Below, piece by piece: positions 13,184 to 25,460 of a stretch of DNA of 64,000 nucleotides; position 1 is the stretch's first letter, and every line of letters starts with the position of its first letter. Origin of the DNA: Rhizophagus irregularis. Its lineage: Eukaryota. The stretch is from assembly GCF_026210795.1 (NCBI RefSeq), contig NC_089429.1:744001-808000 (forward strand). The letters run 5' to 3'. A model generated the notes under the pieces. That model ran no database searches. It had not been told where the DNA came from and saw nothing but the letters and a program-made list of their open reading frames with translations. The position numbers were made by a program, and so were the translations under genes.

Positions 13184-13817
13184 TATATACTGTATACTAT
13201 TAAAATCTATTACATCATATAAATGCCACTGAATGATTAACGTGCAATAAAACTATATTTTCTGAATCTTTAGCTTCTTGTGCATCAATTTCAAGTGCCT
13301 CGTCCAGTTGACTACAATAAATGGATGAGAAAGAATTTTACTAGTAAAATAATAGACATACAGTATTGTTTATAGTAAGTTTACTGTCTTAAATTTAAAA
13401 AGTAAACACTAAAAGCACAAGTTTTCATTATTTAATTAAAAAACTGTTGATTATTAATTTTTATTTATTTTATTATAGGTTTTATGAGTTGAACTGTATA
13501 TTTTATATTATTTATTTTATTTTATGAATTGAACTATATATTTTATAATAATGAGGTCATGTCACTCATGTGTCTTTAAAATTATTTTGATATAATTATA
13601 TCATAATAATTTTAGTTATTAGAGTCTCGTTTGCTATTTTAAAAATCAAAATTTATATCAAATTGAATCACAGGAAACAGGTATTAATTTTTGAATTGTT
13701 AATTAGTAATTATAATTTTTTATTTTATGAACTCTTTCCGGTCGATCTCTTAACCAATTTTTTTACGAAAGAAAAATTATAATTTTATTTTTTTTGAATA
13801 TTATAGACACATACAAC

Positions 13818-14591
13818 ATGGATAAAATAGTTGAAAATAATGACAAAGAGGTCCCGACGTGGGTTACTCGATCGAAAACGAATAGTTTAGGCCAGTTTTT
13901 CAAGAACTTCGAGGATATTTACGACACTTATTTAGTAGAAGTAATAAAGTGCAAAAAACACGATGAATATGTCGAGTTAGAAGACAAACTAATAGGACCT
14001 TCTAACATAATAAAACCAGGAAAAATACCAGTACGCCTTAACAAGCCGGATACGCAAGTGCCAACGGTAGTTTATTTCCTAACGGTTTTCTTAATGAAAT
14101 GGACAGGACTAGCTACGATGAAAATAATAGAAGAATTTATAGAGTGTCACGTGAAAGCTGAAATGGAAACTGAACGAATGGAATATGAAAAAAAAACGAC
14201 TGCGGCTGAACTTGATGAACTCAAATGTGAATACGACGCACTTTCAACAGCTTTTGACGAGCTCAAGAAAAATTCAGCAGATAGTAGTCTAACAAATGGA
14301 TTGGCGATCAACGATTTAGAAGGAAGGATTAGAAAATCAGAAGATGACGTTATGATAAAAGAAAATAAAATTAGAAATTTGGAAGCCGATGTTACAGCAA
14401 AGGAACAAATCATATTGGAAAAAAGCGAACAAATTAATATGCTTTGGGAAAAGATAAGGGGATTGGATACTAATATGGAAAAAACAACGTGTCATAATGC
14501 GGATATGGATTTAGATAAGAAACAGACAAAGAAAAAACGCCCAACAAAAAGAGAAAAAGGGCGCGAACACAACATACTCCAAATGGAATGA
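13818..14591 (+). CDS. Retroposon ORF A: coiled-coil protein (ATG at 13818)
   Basis: Long heptad-rich region (LEGRIRKSEDDVMIKENKIRNLEADVTAKEQ) and basic C-terminus. Probably the N-terminal half of a frameshifted single ORF. Confidence 0.7.
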   Translation: MDKIVENNDKEVPTWVTRSKTNSLGQFFKNFEDIYDTYLVEVIKCKKHDEYVELEDKLIGPSNIIKPGKIPVRLNKPDTQVPTVVYFLTVFLMKWTGLATMKIIEEFIECHVKAEMETERMEYEKKTTAAELDELKCEYDALSTAFDELKKNSADSSLTNGLAINDLEGRIRKSEDDVMIKENKIRNLEADVTAKEQIILEKSEQINMLWEKIRGLDTNMEKTTCHNADMDLDKKQTKKKRPTKREKGREHNILQME

Positions 14592-15316
14592 TCGGTGAAA
14601 TCAAAAGGGGACCGATCGACGATAACAGAAAAGGAGATCTGGAAAAATATTATGCCGAACAATCACGTGATTTAACTTTCTACGACATACCAGCATACTG
14701 GAGTGATGAAGAGATTTTTAATTCACTTGACGCAAATGTAGGACAGATTGAATATATGAGAACAAAACGGTGTCACAAATATAAGACGGTTAAAACAACA
14801 CTACGCCTTACCAAAAAATATGAAGAAATATACAAAAAGGGCGGGGTGAATGTTATTTTAACTAGGAAAAACCGTACACATTATGTTAGAATGCTTGACT
14901 CAAGATGGTCGTATGCTGAGATTAAGAAAAAATTTCGTTGGCAAGTTTGTAAACGAATAGAGGACGATAATCAAGAGGATGATTGTTCGATTATTAGATA
15001 TTTTGCAAAAACTTATAGGGCTACATTTGGAAAAATTATTAGAGTTAACGGTATACGTTACATCATTTTATATTTTAGTACAGAGGATATTTTAATGAAA
15101 GCGGTATCGGACTCGTTACAAACATATGAAGTAGGGCTAGAATTATTAATCAAAAAAGAAAATGATTTTATAGACGATACAGGTGAGCTAAACGAGATCA
15201 ATAAAACACTGAAATGGAGAAATACAACAACCTCAAGAGCACGTGGTCTACGCACGGAGCAAGAACAATATAAAGGAACACCTGAAAATTTTGCTTCGTC
15301 AAGTAGAAGACAATAA
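14588..15316 (+). CDS. Retroposon ORF B: RRM-like alpha/beta domains (LINE ORF1p-like, inferred)
   Basis: DLTFYDIPAYWSDEEIFNSL...GQIEYM resembles an RRM strand-helix start. The frame is open from 14519, in -1 relative to ORF A. Confidence 0.6.
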   Translation: MIGEIKRGPIDDNRKGDLEKYYAEQSRDLTFYDIPAYWSDEEIFNSLDANVGQIEYMRTKRCHKYKTVKTTLRLTKKYEEIYKKGGVNVILTRKNRTHYVRMLDSRWSYAEIKKKFRWQVCKRIEDDNQEDDCSIIRYFAKTYRATFGKIIRVNGIRYIILYFSTEDILMKAVSDSLQTYEVGLELLIKKENDFIDDTGELNEINKTLKWRNTTTSRARGLRTEQEQYKGTPENFASSSRRQ

Positions 15317-16683
15317 CAATGGAGGTAACTAGAATTAGATAAAATAGTAAAACTAGAAAAAACAACATATAATAGTTAGACGTATTTAGATTAAATAATT
15401 TAGTATAGTTTAGAATAGATTAAAAAGAGAACAAATTTTTTAGTAAATACTTAGTCAATATTGGAATTTCGTGAATAGCACGCTGGTTACGTTAGTTTAC
15501 ACTTTAGAAAGAATTCTAAAGTTTTTATATGGAGAGGTGTAGTTAGAAATAACTAGCTTCAATGTATTTTTTTGTATTTACTAGTTAATGTAATGCGTTA
15601 TAATTTACTAATAAAATGAATCAAATACGTTTATAAAAAAAAAAAAAAAAAAAAAATTTTTTATTTTATAATTTAATTTGAGTTGCTTTTTATGTTGTAA
15701 GAATGGCTTACGTTATAGCTTTATTTTATGGGTGAAATTTTCTATCGTTGAAAGAGTTGTAAATTTAAAAAAATTTTTTCTTCGGATCGCGTAGTCACGT
15801 GATTTGTATTTCGTAATTTATTGGAGCGAATGGAGCGTGGACCACTGGACCATGATCCAGATGCTTATCCTGGACCATCAAATTTGATTGATGGGGATTG
15901 TTTTGTGTAACATTTGTCTTTGAAAAAATTTTGCGATGTTATTAAAAAAAGGGAGTGAGGAAAATTCAATTCCTCAAAATAATTTTTTGAGCGAAACAAT
16001 TAACAATTTTTTGTTTGAATAGAAAATTTTATAATATTATATGCTAGAATAGATTGTAAATAAAATTTTGTCCATAATTTCATAAATAAATATAAATAAT
16101 TAATTATTAAAATATTTCTATCTCTCATAATAGTTTCAAGAGTGTTCCAATGTAAAAATTATGTCCAGCAGAATTAGTATAATCGTGAAAATTCCATAGC
16201 TCTATGATAAAAAATAGCAATATTAGAAATATTATTATTCAACTATGATATAACCAAAAATATTATTTTTTTTAAATAAAAGATAAAAATGGAATATGGA
16301 AACATGAAGGGGAGAATAAGTATCTGGACCAGTGACCAATTATTGGCTTATCGTCACGTAAGTGAATGGATTTAAAAATACTTAATTTTTTTTTTGGCCG
16401 TAAATTATATTAATCAATACTAGAGAAAAAATTTGGTATTAGACCTTCGATCTTAGGACACGTGACCGCAGTTGCATACTTCTGGCCCGCATTATATAAC
16501 TCTGACCAGAATTATGGTCCAAATAATTTTCCGGCCTTAGTCGGTTAATCGTCTTAAAATTAATTATCTGGTTAATATTAACTGGTTCCAACTTCTAGTT
16601 ATGAAAAGAGAAAATTCATAGCGTACATAATCTATTTGCCAATTTCCAAAAATAATACTGTGTATTTATCAATTGCTTTCTAG

Positions 16684-16873
16684 CCCTATAAAAAATTTTA
16701 TCCGTTATTTCTGTAAAAACTCCGTAAAAATGAATCTTTCACGGATCCATTCACGGAAAATGTAAATCAATCGATAAATTCCGTAATATAAGGTTATTAA
16801 TTCCGGAAATATGAGCCTTTTACGGAAAAAAAATGGAATATAAAAAACGGAACGGATCGACTTTTTTACAGGA
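16684..16873 (+). mobile_element. ~190-bp MITE (CCCTATAAAAAA...TTTTTTACAGGA)
   Basis: Absent from the equivalent site in duplication unit 2 (~20920). Second copy in reverse orientation at 32271-32449. Confidence 0.85.
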
Positions 16874-18210
16874 TCTCTTCTTTAAATTAAAAACAATCCC
16901 ACATTCTCAATATTACGTGTAAAAATATTTTCAGATGAATAATCGTACTAAATGAATACAACTAGTATGAGATTTATGCTAGTGAAATATTTTTGTAAGA
17001 ATGAAAGAATCGGGATAGCGGCGCGTCGGTCTTATCAGTTTACCCGTTAATTTTGTAATTTTTACATCCCTACATCTTAGAAATAAGTAAAGTTCTTTAA
17101 ACTGGTATAAAAAACTTAGATATTAAATTGTGTAATTTTAGCTGGAGGTGTAGAGCGTAATTTTGATACTTTGATTAGTAAGACTTTTCTTGAGAGAAAA
17201 ATTGAAGTTATTCGTCACGTCATAGAATTATTATAAGTAACATGATATACTGTATAGGTGATATGTTTAAAGTACTAACTACGGTATTTTTGTGATGAAA
17301 TTATTATTTAATCACTCTCTTCCTCTTTACAATATAATTTCAACACTTCGACCAAATAAAGCATGTCCTGAGAAGAGAAGAGGTATGGTAAGAAATTCTT
17401 GTATATCAGGAAGTTTTTGCCATTTAAAATCTGCAGAGAATTCTACGTAGCGTGGAACCATCATGGAAATCTAAGTAGAACCAATATTTTCCGAATATCG
17501 TGTCATCCTGTGACGATATCTAATTAAAATTTATTTTTACTCACCTCAGGAACCGAACCAAATACCTTGACTTATACTATTAATAAGTCATATCTCACGT
17601 ACCTAGTAGATTATATCTTATATTTATTCTTGAGCTGCAAAAAAAAAAAAAATTTATTATATAATAAAATATTCGTTCTATATTCTTTCTATTTAATTTA
17701 TATCTGTATGTTTTAACTAGCACTGTTATACTGTGCTATTAACAATTTCTTGAACTCCGCAGCAATATCTGCGGATGAATCCCACATATCCTGCTAAAGA
17801 ATTCTATGGTGGTATTTCTACTACGAAATATGTGGTTTTGTGTGGATACTTGTCCACGCAATTTGATAGTATGTAGGATTCCACGTATTTCCAAACTAAC
17901 CTACGTGGTTTTTGGTGGATCGATCTACCTAAAAATTTCCTGATGTAAAATTTCCTTTAAGGATAATCAATATATGAAAATATTGTTATTTTAACATTTA
18001 AAAAAGGTAGACAATATATCTATTTTTTAAAAAAATGAATCATAATGATTTAATTTTATTTGCTTAAAAAAAAAAATATTACTGTAATCAATAAATTATT
18101 GTTAACGTTTGTTTGTTTAAAATAAATGATATGAATTCGACTTTATTTAATGAGTAAAATAATATAAAATAAAAATTGTAAATAAAATAAAATATACTAT
18201 CTCAAGAGCC

Positions 18211-19818
18211 TTAAAATGCAAATTTACATAGATCGTGATAGATAGTATTATAATGAACTATTTCAACTCCTTTGGCTTTAATTAGATTCAATAATTTTAA
18301 TTCCTCATCATTTAATTCTTTACCCAATTTCATCATACCAAGAACTTTTAAACTATTGTTACTTCTTTCAATATAATTTAAAACAATCTTAAGAAATTCT
18401 AATTCAATAATATAATTTAAACTAATCATTTCAAACCTATTGTGACAATTTTCTAAAAATTCCTTAAATTTTAAAAACTTACTGGAATTACGAGAATAAC
18501 TAAATAAAAAAATTTTGCCAATATTAATTGATATATTATTTGCTAAATTTATAAAAAATTTATCAGTATCATAAAGAGTAGTAATACTTAATATTCTCGT
18601 TCTTAAATTTTTAAAAAGTTGTATCACTGATAAATCAACACGTAAACAAATTCTTATTTTTAAAAAAATAAGATTTGGACAATACATTGATATATTTTCA
18701 ATAAGAGATTTTGTTGGGGTTTCAACTAATAATCTTTGTAATGATGCACCTAGATATTTGATCATTAAAGATGTGACATCAACATTCCAATAATTGAGTT
18801 TAAATGATAGTTCCTTGAGCTTAAATGAAGAAAAATTTAAACTCTCACATTGATTTAATAATATACCTTTACAATATTCAAATTTTAAATATTCTAAATT
18901 ATATAAATAATTAAATCTTTTTAAACTAACATTACTAAAGTCGCATGCTGTAAATTCAACATAAACTAAAGAATGCTTTTGAAATTCTAAAGACAAAAGA
19001 ATGTCATTTAATAAAGAATGACAATCCCATATCTTAAACATTTTAAGTTTGTTTTGCACTTGAATAATTGTACAAAGCTTTTCTAAAGTAGTAGTAGTAA
19101 TGATCAAGTCATTGGAAGTGTCATGTTGATATGGTCTTGCGAGCTTAATTAGTAATTTGCTAGCATTTGTACAGATATTTGTTATATTCCTTAAAAATTC
19201 TTGTTCAATTTCTTCATTAACAGTACTATGATCAGTACCACTTGGTTGAAAATTTTGAAAATTTAATGATAATAAATTTAATTTTGTTAAATTTGAAGTG
19301 AAATTTTGAAAATTAAAATTTTTAAAACTTTCTTTATAAAATAAATTTATCGAAATATCTAATTGTTTAATGTTTCTACTTTGACGTAAAATTGATTGAA
19401 GAAATATTGGAATAATCTCATAATATAATTTTTTAAAAATTGATAAATCTGAAACATATTTAACAAACCATTTGTAAATAACAGAACTTATTGTATTATT
19501 ATTATAATTTTCTAAATATTTTGGATATTCAAATAAAGGTTTGTGTTCTTTATCAAAATTAATATTATTAATCTGGTTTGATCCTAGTTGATTCTTCAAT
19601 TGTAAAATTTCTGCTTTATTAAAGCATAAAATTAAGGTCAGGGTTATTGAATAATTTTTTTCGGTTATATTTGCAAAAGGATTTGCATAAAGCAAAGGAA
19701 TAGTTGATTTACACCAAAATCGATTAACTAATAAACATTTAAATAAAGTTAAACGGTCATCTTGAAGGTGTTGTAAAATGTAATAAATACAATCATCCGT
19801 TAAATAAGGCAAAGTCAT
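18211..19818 (-). CDS. F-box/LRR protein, subfamily B (likely ATG at 19818, MTLPYL...)
   Basis: Same N-terminus MTLPYLTDDCIYYIL and C-terminus TIYHDLCKFAF as the 22313 paralog. The ORF-track start at 19869 is a non-ATG extension. Confidence 0.88.
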   Translation of the reverse strand: MTLPYLTDDCIYYILQHLQDDRLTLFKCLLVNRFWCKSTIPLLYANPFANITEKNYSITLTLILCFNKAEILQLKNQLGSNQINNINFDKEHKPLFEYPKYLENYNNNTISSVIYKWFVKYVSDLSIFKKLYYEIIPIFLQSILRQSRNIKQLDISINLFYKESFKNFNFQNFTSNLTKLNLLSLNFQNFQPSGTDHSTVNEEIEQEFLRNITNICTNASKLLIKLARPYQHDTSNDLIITTTTLEKLCTIIQVQNKLKMFKIWDCHSLLNDILLSLEFQKHSLVYVEFTACDFSNVSLKRFNYLYNLEYLKFEYCKGILLNQCESLNFSSFKLKELSFKLNYWNVDVTSLMIKYLGASLQRLLVETPTKSLIENISMYCPNLIFLKIRICLRVDLSVIQLFKNLRTRILSITTLYDTDKFFINLANNISINIGKIFLFSYSRNSSKFLKFKEFLENCHNRFEMISLNYIIELEFLKIVLNYIERSNNSLKVLGMMKLGKELNDEELKLLNLIKAKGVEIVHYNTIYHDLCKFAF

Positions 19819-20206
19819 CTTAGGAATGAAGGGAGAAAAAATTTTCACGGAGTATCGGAGTAAGCCCAATTTTAGGACTATTTTAGGTCATATGGCTGTA
19901 CATTACTTTTGTAATACTGTAGCACATGTTTATAAGCAGGGTCCAGATGATTGACATTCCAGGGAACTACTGTACGGTAAGTTTAGTAAAACCCTAACAG
20001 GTGACACTACTGTAGGCTTTTTGTTATTAAGTGGTTCGATAATAATAAAAATCATATAGGGCTATTCTTGGTTAACATGTTGAAATTATCTGTTATAAAT
20101 AAAGGTTGGAACCGTTCAAAAAAACCTTAAATTTTTTTTTTTTTTTGCTGTAAATTATATCCATCTGATTCTACTCACATATTTAGTTACAAGGGGATCC
20201 TATTTC

Positions 20207-20670
20207 ATTATTGCCGTTTTCAGAAATGTTGACAATCTGAAATTTTGACCATTTTATACCGAACACACCGAACACACCGTGAACACATACAAAAAATTAT
20301 GCAAACTTGAAGTATTCATGCATAACTTTATATAAAAACTATTTTTGTCACTTTTTAGATATGAATAAAATTGAAAATATGAAAATTTGTACCGAACACA
20401 CACCGAACACAAACGAACACACCGAACACACCGAACATTGGCAAATACAAGCAAATACAAGTGAATACATATATGCAAATAATATAATTTTTATACATTT
20501 TTTTATGCACACTACCTAAAAATATATTACTAAAGTTTTAATTTTGCTTTTTTTAAAGGAAAATTTGTTTTTTTTTAATTTTAATTGCTGTGTTCGGTGT
20601 GTGTTCGGTGTGTTCGATTTATAGAAATGATCGACATTCTAATGTCAACATTTCTGAAAACGGCAATAAT
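20207..20670. mobile_element. 464-bp MITE with 28-bp perfect TIR and CCGAACACA subterminal repeats
   Basis: ATTATTGCCGTTTTCAGAAATGTTGACA ... TGTCAACATTTCTGAAAACGGCAATAAT; absent from unit 1. TSD reading is ambiguous (TA or TTC). Confidence 0.88.
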
Positions 20671-22312
20671 TTCGTTTTAAAATCAAAAAATGAAAAAATT
20701 GGTTCGATTTTGATCACGTGACCGCAGGTGTATACTTCTGGCCCGCATTATATATCTCTGACCAGAATTATGGTCCAAATAATTTTACCAGCCTTAGTCG
20801 GTAATTACTAATTATCTGATTAACATTAACAGGTTCCAACTTCTACTAGTTATGAAAAGAGAAAATTTATAGCATACATAATCGCCAATTTCCAAAAATA
20901 ATACTGTGTATATTGCTTTCTCTTTTTAAATTAATAAAGACAATCCCACATTCACAATATTACGTGTAAAAAAATATTTTCAGATGAATAATCGTGCTAA
21001 ATGAATACAAACTAGTATGAGATTTATGCTAGTGAAATATTTTTGTAAGAATGAAAGAATCGGGATAGTGGCGTGTCGGTCTTATTGGTTTACCCGTTAA
21101 TTTTGTAAATTTTACATTCCTGCATCTTAGAAATAAGTAAAGTTCTTCAACTGGTAGTATGAAAAACTTAGATATTAAATTTTGTAATTTTAGCTGGAGA
21201 TGTAGAGCATAATTTTGATACTTTGACTAGTAAAACTTTTCTTGGGAGACAAATTGGAGTTATTCTTCACGTCATAGAATTATTAAGTAACATGTACTGG
21301 ATAAGTGATATGAGCATTATCAGTTTAAAGTACTAACTACTATGGTATTTATGTGATAAATTATTATTTAATCACTCTTCCTATTTACAATATAATTTCA
21401 ATTTTCAACACTTTAACCAAATAAAGCATGTCCTGAGAAGAGAAGAGTTATGGTAAGAAATTCTGATTAAAATCTGCAGAGAATTTTACATAGCGTGAAA
21501 CCATCATGGAAATCTAAGTAGAACCAATATTTCCTGTGACGAAACATGTGGAGTGGGATTCACAGAGTTCACACGTGGATTGATGTCTAATTATATTTAT
21601 TTTTACTCACCTTAGGAACTGAACCAAATACCTCAACTTATACTATTAATAAGTCGTACCTCATGATCTAACCACTATACTATTTGATTTTTTTTAATAA
21701 TTACCTAGATTATATCTTATATTTATTCTTGAGCCGCAAGAAAAAAAATTTATTATATAATAAAATATTCGTTCTATGATATTCTTTCTATTTAATTTAT
21801 ATCTGTATGTTTTAACTAGTAGCACTGTTATACTGTGCTATTAACAATTTCTTGGAATTCCGCAGCAATATCTGCAGATGAATCCCACATATCCTGCTAA
21901 AGAATTCTATGATGGTATTTCTACTATGAAATGTGTGGTTTTGTGCGGATACTTGTCCACGCAATTCGATGTGTAGAATTCCACGTGTTTTCAGACTAAC
22001 CTACGTGGTTTTTAGTGGATCGATCTACCTAAAAATTTCCTGATGTAAAATTTCTTTTAAGAATAATCAATATATGAAAAATTTTGTTATTTTAACATTT
22101 AAAAAAGGTAGACAATATATCTATTTTTTTTTTAAAAAAAAATCATAATGATTTAAATTTATCTGCTTAAAATAAAAAAAATTACTGTAATCAATAAATT
22201 ATTGTTAACATTCGTTTGTTTAAAATAAATGATATTAAATTTGACTTTATTTAATGAGTAAATAATATAAAATAAAAATTGTAAATAAATAAAATATACT
22301 ATCTCAAGAGCC

Positions 22313-23941
22313 TTAAAATGCAAATTTACATAGATCGTGATAGATAGTACTATAATTAACTATTTCAACTCCTTTGGCCTTAATTAGATTCAATAATTTT
22401 AATTCCTCATCATTCAATTTTTTACATTTCATCATACCAAGAACTTTTAAACTATTGTTACTTCTTTCAATATAATTTAAAACAATCTTAAAAAATTCTA
22501 ATTCAATAATATATTTTAAATTAATCATTTCAAACCTATTATGACAATTTTCTAAAAATTCCTTATATTTTTTATATTTTAAAAGCCTACTGGAATTACG
22601 AGAATAACTATTAATAAAAATTTTGTCAATATTAATTGATATATTATTTGCTAAATTTATAAAAAATTTATCAGTATCATCACAAAGAGTACTAATACTT
22701 AATATTCTCGTTCTTAAATTTTTAAAAAGTTGTATCACTGATAAATCTATATGCGAATCAATTATTATTTCTAAAAAAATAAGATTTGGACAGTATATTG
22801 ATATATTCTTAATAAGAGAACTTGATGGGGTTTCAACTAATAATCTTTGTAATGATGCACCTAGATATTTGATCATTAAAGACGCGACATCAACATTCCA
22901 ATAATTGTGTTTAAATGATAGTTCCTTGAGCTTAAATGAAGAAAAATTTAAACTCTCACATTGATTTAATAATATACCTTTACAAGATATAAATTTTAAA
23001 TATTCTAAATTATATAAATAATTAAATCTTTTTAAACTAACATTACTAAAGTCACATGCTATAAATTCAACATGAACTAAAGAATGCTTTTGAAATTCTA
23101 AAGACAAAAGAATGTTATTTAATAAAAAATGACAATCCCATATCTTAAACATTTTAAGTTTGTTTTGCACTTGAATAATTGTACAAAGCTTTTCTAAAGT
23201 AGTAGTAGTAATGATCAAGTCATTGGAAGTGTCATGTTGATATAGTGGTCTTCGAATTTCAGGAAGCTCAATTATTAATTTGCTAGCATTTGTACAGAAA
23301 TTTGCTATGTTTCTTAAAAATTCTTGTTCAATTTCTTTATTAACAGTATTATCAGTACCACTTGAATGAAAATTTAATGATAATGAATTTAATTTTGTTA
23401 AATTTGAAGTGAAATTTTGAAAATTAAAATTTTTAAAACTTTCTTCATAAAATAAATTTAACGAAATATCTAATTGTTCAATGTTTCTACTTTGACGTAA
23501 AATTGATTGAAGAAATATTGGAAAAATATTATCAACACAGAAAATTGGTAAATTTGGAATATATTTAGCAAACCATTTAGAAATAACAAAATTTATTATA
23601 AAATTATTACAATTTTTCAAATATTTTAAATATTTTGGATATTCAAATAAAGGTTTGTGTTCTTTATCAAAATTGTCAAAATTAATATTATTAATCTGGC
23701 TTAGTCCTAGTTGATTCTTCAATTGTATAATTTCTGCTTTATTAAAGCATAAAATTAAGGTCGAGGTTATTAAATAATTTTTTTCGGTTGTATTTGCAAA
23801 AGGATTTGCATAAAGTAAAGGAATAGTTGATTTACACCAAAATCGATTGACTAATAAACATTTAAATAAAGTTGAATGATCATTTTGAAGGTATTGTAAA
23901 ATGTAATAAATACAATCATCCGTTAAATAAGGTAAAGTCAT
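22313..23941 (-). CDS. F-box/LRR protein, subfamily B, 542 aa
   Basis: Intact ORF; closest paralog of 18211. Confidence 0.88.
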   Translation of the reverse strand: MTLPYLTDDCIYYILQYLQNDHSTLFKCLLVNRFWCKSTIPLLYANPFANTTEKNYLITSTLILCFNKAEIIQLKNQLGLSQINNINFDNFDKEHKPLFEYPKYLKYLKNCNNFIINFVISKWFAKYIPNLPIFCVDNIFPIFLQSILRQSRNIEQLDISLNLFYEESFKNFNFQNFTSNLTKLNSLSLNFHSSGTDNTVNKEIEQEFLRNIANFCTNASKLIIELPEIRRPLYQHDTSNDLIITTTTLEKLCTIIQVQNKLKMFKIWDCHFLLNNILLSLEFQKHSLVHVEFIACDFSNVSLKRFNYLYNLEYLKFISCKGILLNQCESLNFSSFKLKELSFKHNYWNVDVASLMIKYLGASLQRLLVETPSSSLIKNISIYCPNLIFLEIIIDSHIDLSVIQLFKNLRTRILSISTLCDDTDKFFINLANNISINIDKIFINSYSRNSSRLLKYKKYKEFLENCHNRFEMINLKYIIELEFFKIVLNYIERSNNSLKVLGMMKCKKLNDEELKLLNLIKAKGVEIVNYSTIYHDLCKFAF

Positions 23942-24560
23942 CTTAGGAATTAGAATGGAAAAAAAGTTTTCACGGAGTATCGGAGTAAGCCCAATTTTAG
24001 GTTATATGGCTGTACATTACTTTGTAATACTGTAGCACATGTTTATAAGCAGGGTCCAGATGATTGACATTCCAGGGTACTACTGTACGGTAAATTTAGT
24101 AAAACCCTAACACTACCGTAGGCTTTTTGTTATTAAGTAGTAAAAAATCGTATATGGCTATTCCTGGAAACCGTTCAAAAAAAACCTTTGTCTAATAACC
24201 GTTTGGATTAGTCTCCGTATAAATTTGAATTGTGTAACTTGAAATCCCGTGCCATATAATTAAAACCCGTGATATGCCTCCGCCTGATCTATTTATAGTC
24301 AAAAACTATTCGATCCATGTGCATTCCAATCAACCAATCCAATTTCAGTTAATAAAATTTTACCTTAATCGGAATTTTTTTTTTTGATTAATTTTTTTTG
24401 TCCGATTTTTTTTTTCAAATATTTGTAACTTTTCTTTCAGTTTAATTTTTTTTCAAACCAAAACCGAAAAATTTGTTTTTACTCATTTTTTTCCCGTTTA
24501 GGTTTAATTTTTTTTCCCAAACTGAAAAAATTTTTTTTTATTAAATAAAGTTCCCCATCC

Positions 24561-24641
24561 ATCTACGGAATATCTCAAGATCCTATTACAGAAGATTATA
24601 TTATAGTTTCTGAAAATAAATATTGCAAAAAATGTGATAAA
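24561..24641 (+). pseudogene. Kinase-family fragment
   Basis: IYGISQDPITEDYIIVSENKYCKKCDK resembles the YGITQNP...YMIV segment of the kinases in this window. Confidence 0.55.
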
Positions 24642-24959
24642 GATCCCCATTGTTTTGGTCTTTTAAGACCAATTTTTTTTATATTATTTTTTTTTAGACC
24701 ATATTGTTATTTTTTTTAAAAAAAAATTTTTTTTTTACTCTTTTTGGATCGGATTATTGTCCTTTTTTTTTCGGGATTTTTTTTCGGAAATTTCCCTTTT
24801 TTTCAAACTTATTTCTTTATCCTTTTTCTTTTCCCCAAATTTTTTTTTTAATTTTTTTTTCTTTTTCTTTCAAATTTTTTTATTATTAAATAAAAAATAA
24901 AATATTATATTAAATATATTTACAAATTATTATTTTTTTTAAAAAAATCAATATAACAT

Positions 24960-25460
24960 ATCAGATATAGGAAAATTAACAGACGTTGATAGAAAGATGA
25001 GTAAGATTTTTTCAATTAAATTGAACGCTGGATAAATAGTTTGATTTTCAAATTCATAAAAATCAATTAATCAATTATAAAATATGTAAAAATATCAATT
25101 TTTTTTGAAGAAATTGTTGATTTAATAATAGATTATTATAACCAAATCCATATCCGAAATTTGTTTCCGTTTTATTATCAATATTTGAGGAATTACTTTT
25201 CATTTAATTGGTTGGAAAATTTGAAAAAATTAATAATCTAGTTTTTTTTTTTTGACCTCTAAATAACCGCCAAATTTTTGAATAAAGATTTTAATTCAAA
25301 TGGTTTAGTAAAATTAATAATTTATCGAGCAAAAATGAGCATCAAAAGAATAATAATAAATGAAATGAATTGATTCTAATACATTTAATTATTCAAATAT
25401 TTTTCCTAAGTTGGTTATAAGTTTAAGATTGACGTAATATAAAATAAGAAATAAAATTTA
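24960..25460 (-). pseudogene. Decayed F-box/LRR subfamily A fragment
   Basis: Minus strand gives IFE*LNVLESIHF, IINFTKPFELKSLF, QKFGGYLE and IYPAFNLIE, with stops and frameshifts; these match the intact paralogs. Confidence 0.7.

Larger units (their letters stand above)
13729..15654 (+). mobile_element. Non-autonomous poly(A) retroposon encoding only an ORF1-like protein
   Basis: 15-bp TSD AATTTTTTATTTTAT at 13714-13728 and 15655-15669; poly(A) at ~15635-15656 with AATAAA upstream; intronless coding region; no RT or endonuclease motifs. Confidence 0.8.
16381..20125. repeat. Tandem segmental duplication, unit 1 (contains F-box gene 18211)
   Basis: Colinear high similarity to 20126-24188, e.g. 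CACGTGACCGCAG...TCTGGCCCGCATTATA and GTATGAGATTTATGCTAGTGAAATATTTTTGTAAGAATGAAAGAATCGGGATAG in both units. Confidence 0.9.
20126..24188. repeat. Tandem segmental duplication, unit 2 (contains F-box gene 22313)
   Basis: Follows unit 1 head-to-tail; both units end in AACCGTTCAAAAAAA(A)CCTT. Confidence 0.9.

Noticed and set aside
20254..20519. Overlapping 70-74 aa ORFs (HTEH / CVRC repeats)
   Set aside because: They are translations of CCGAACACA repeats inside a MITE.
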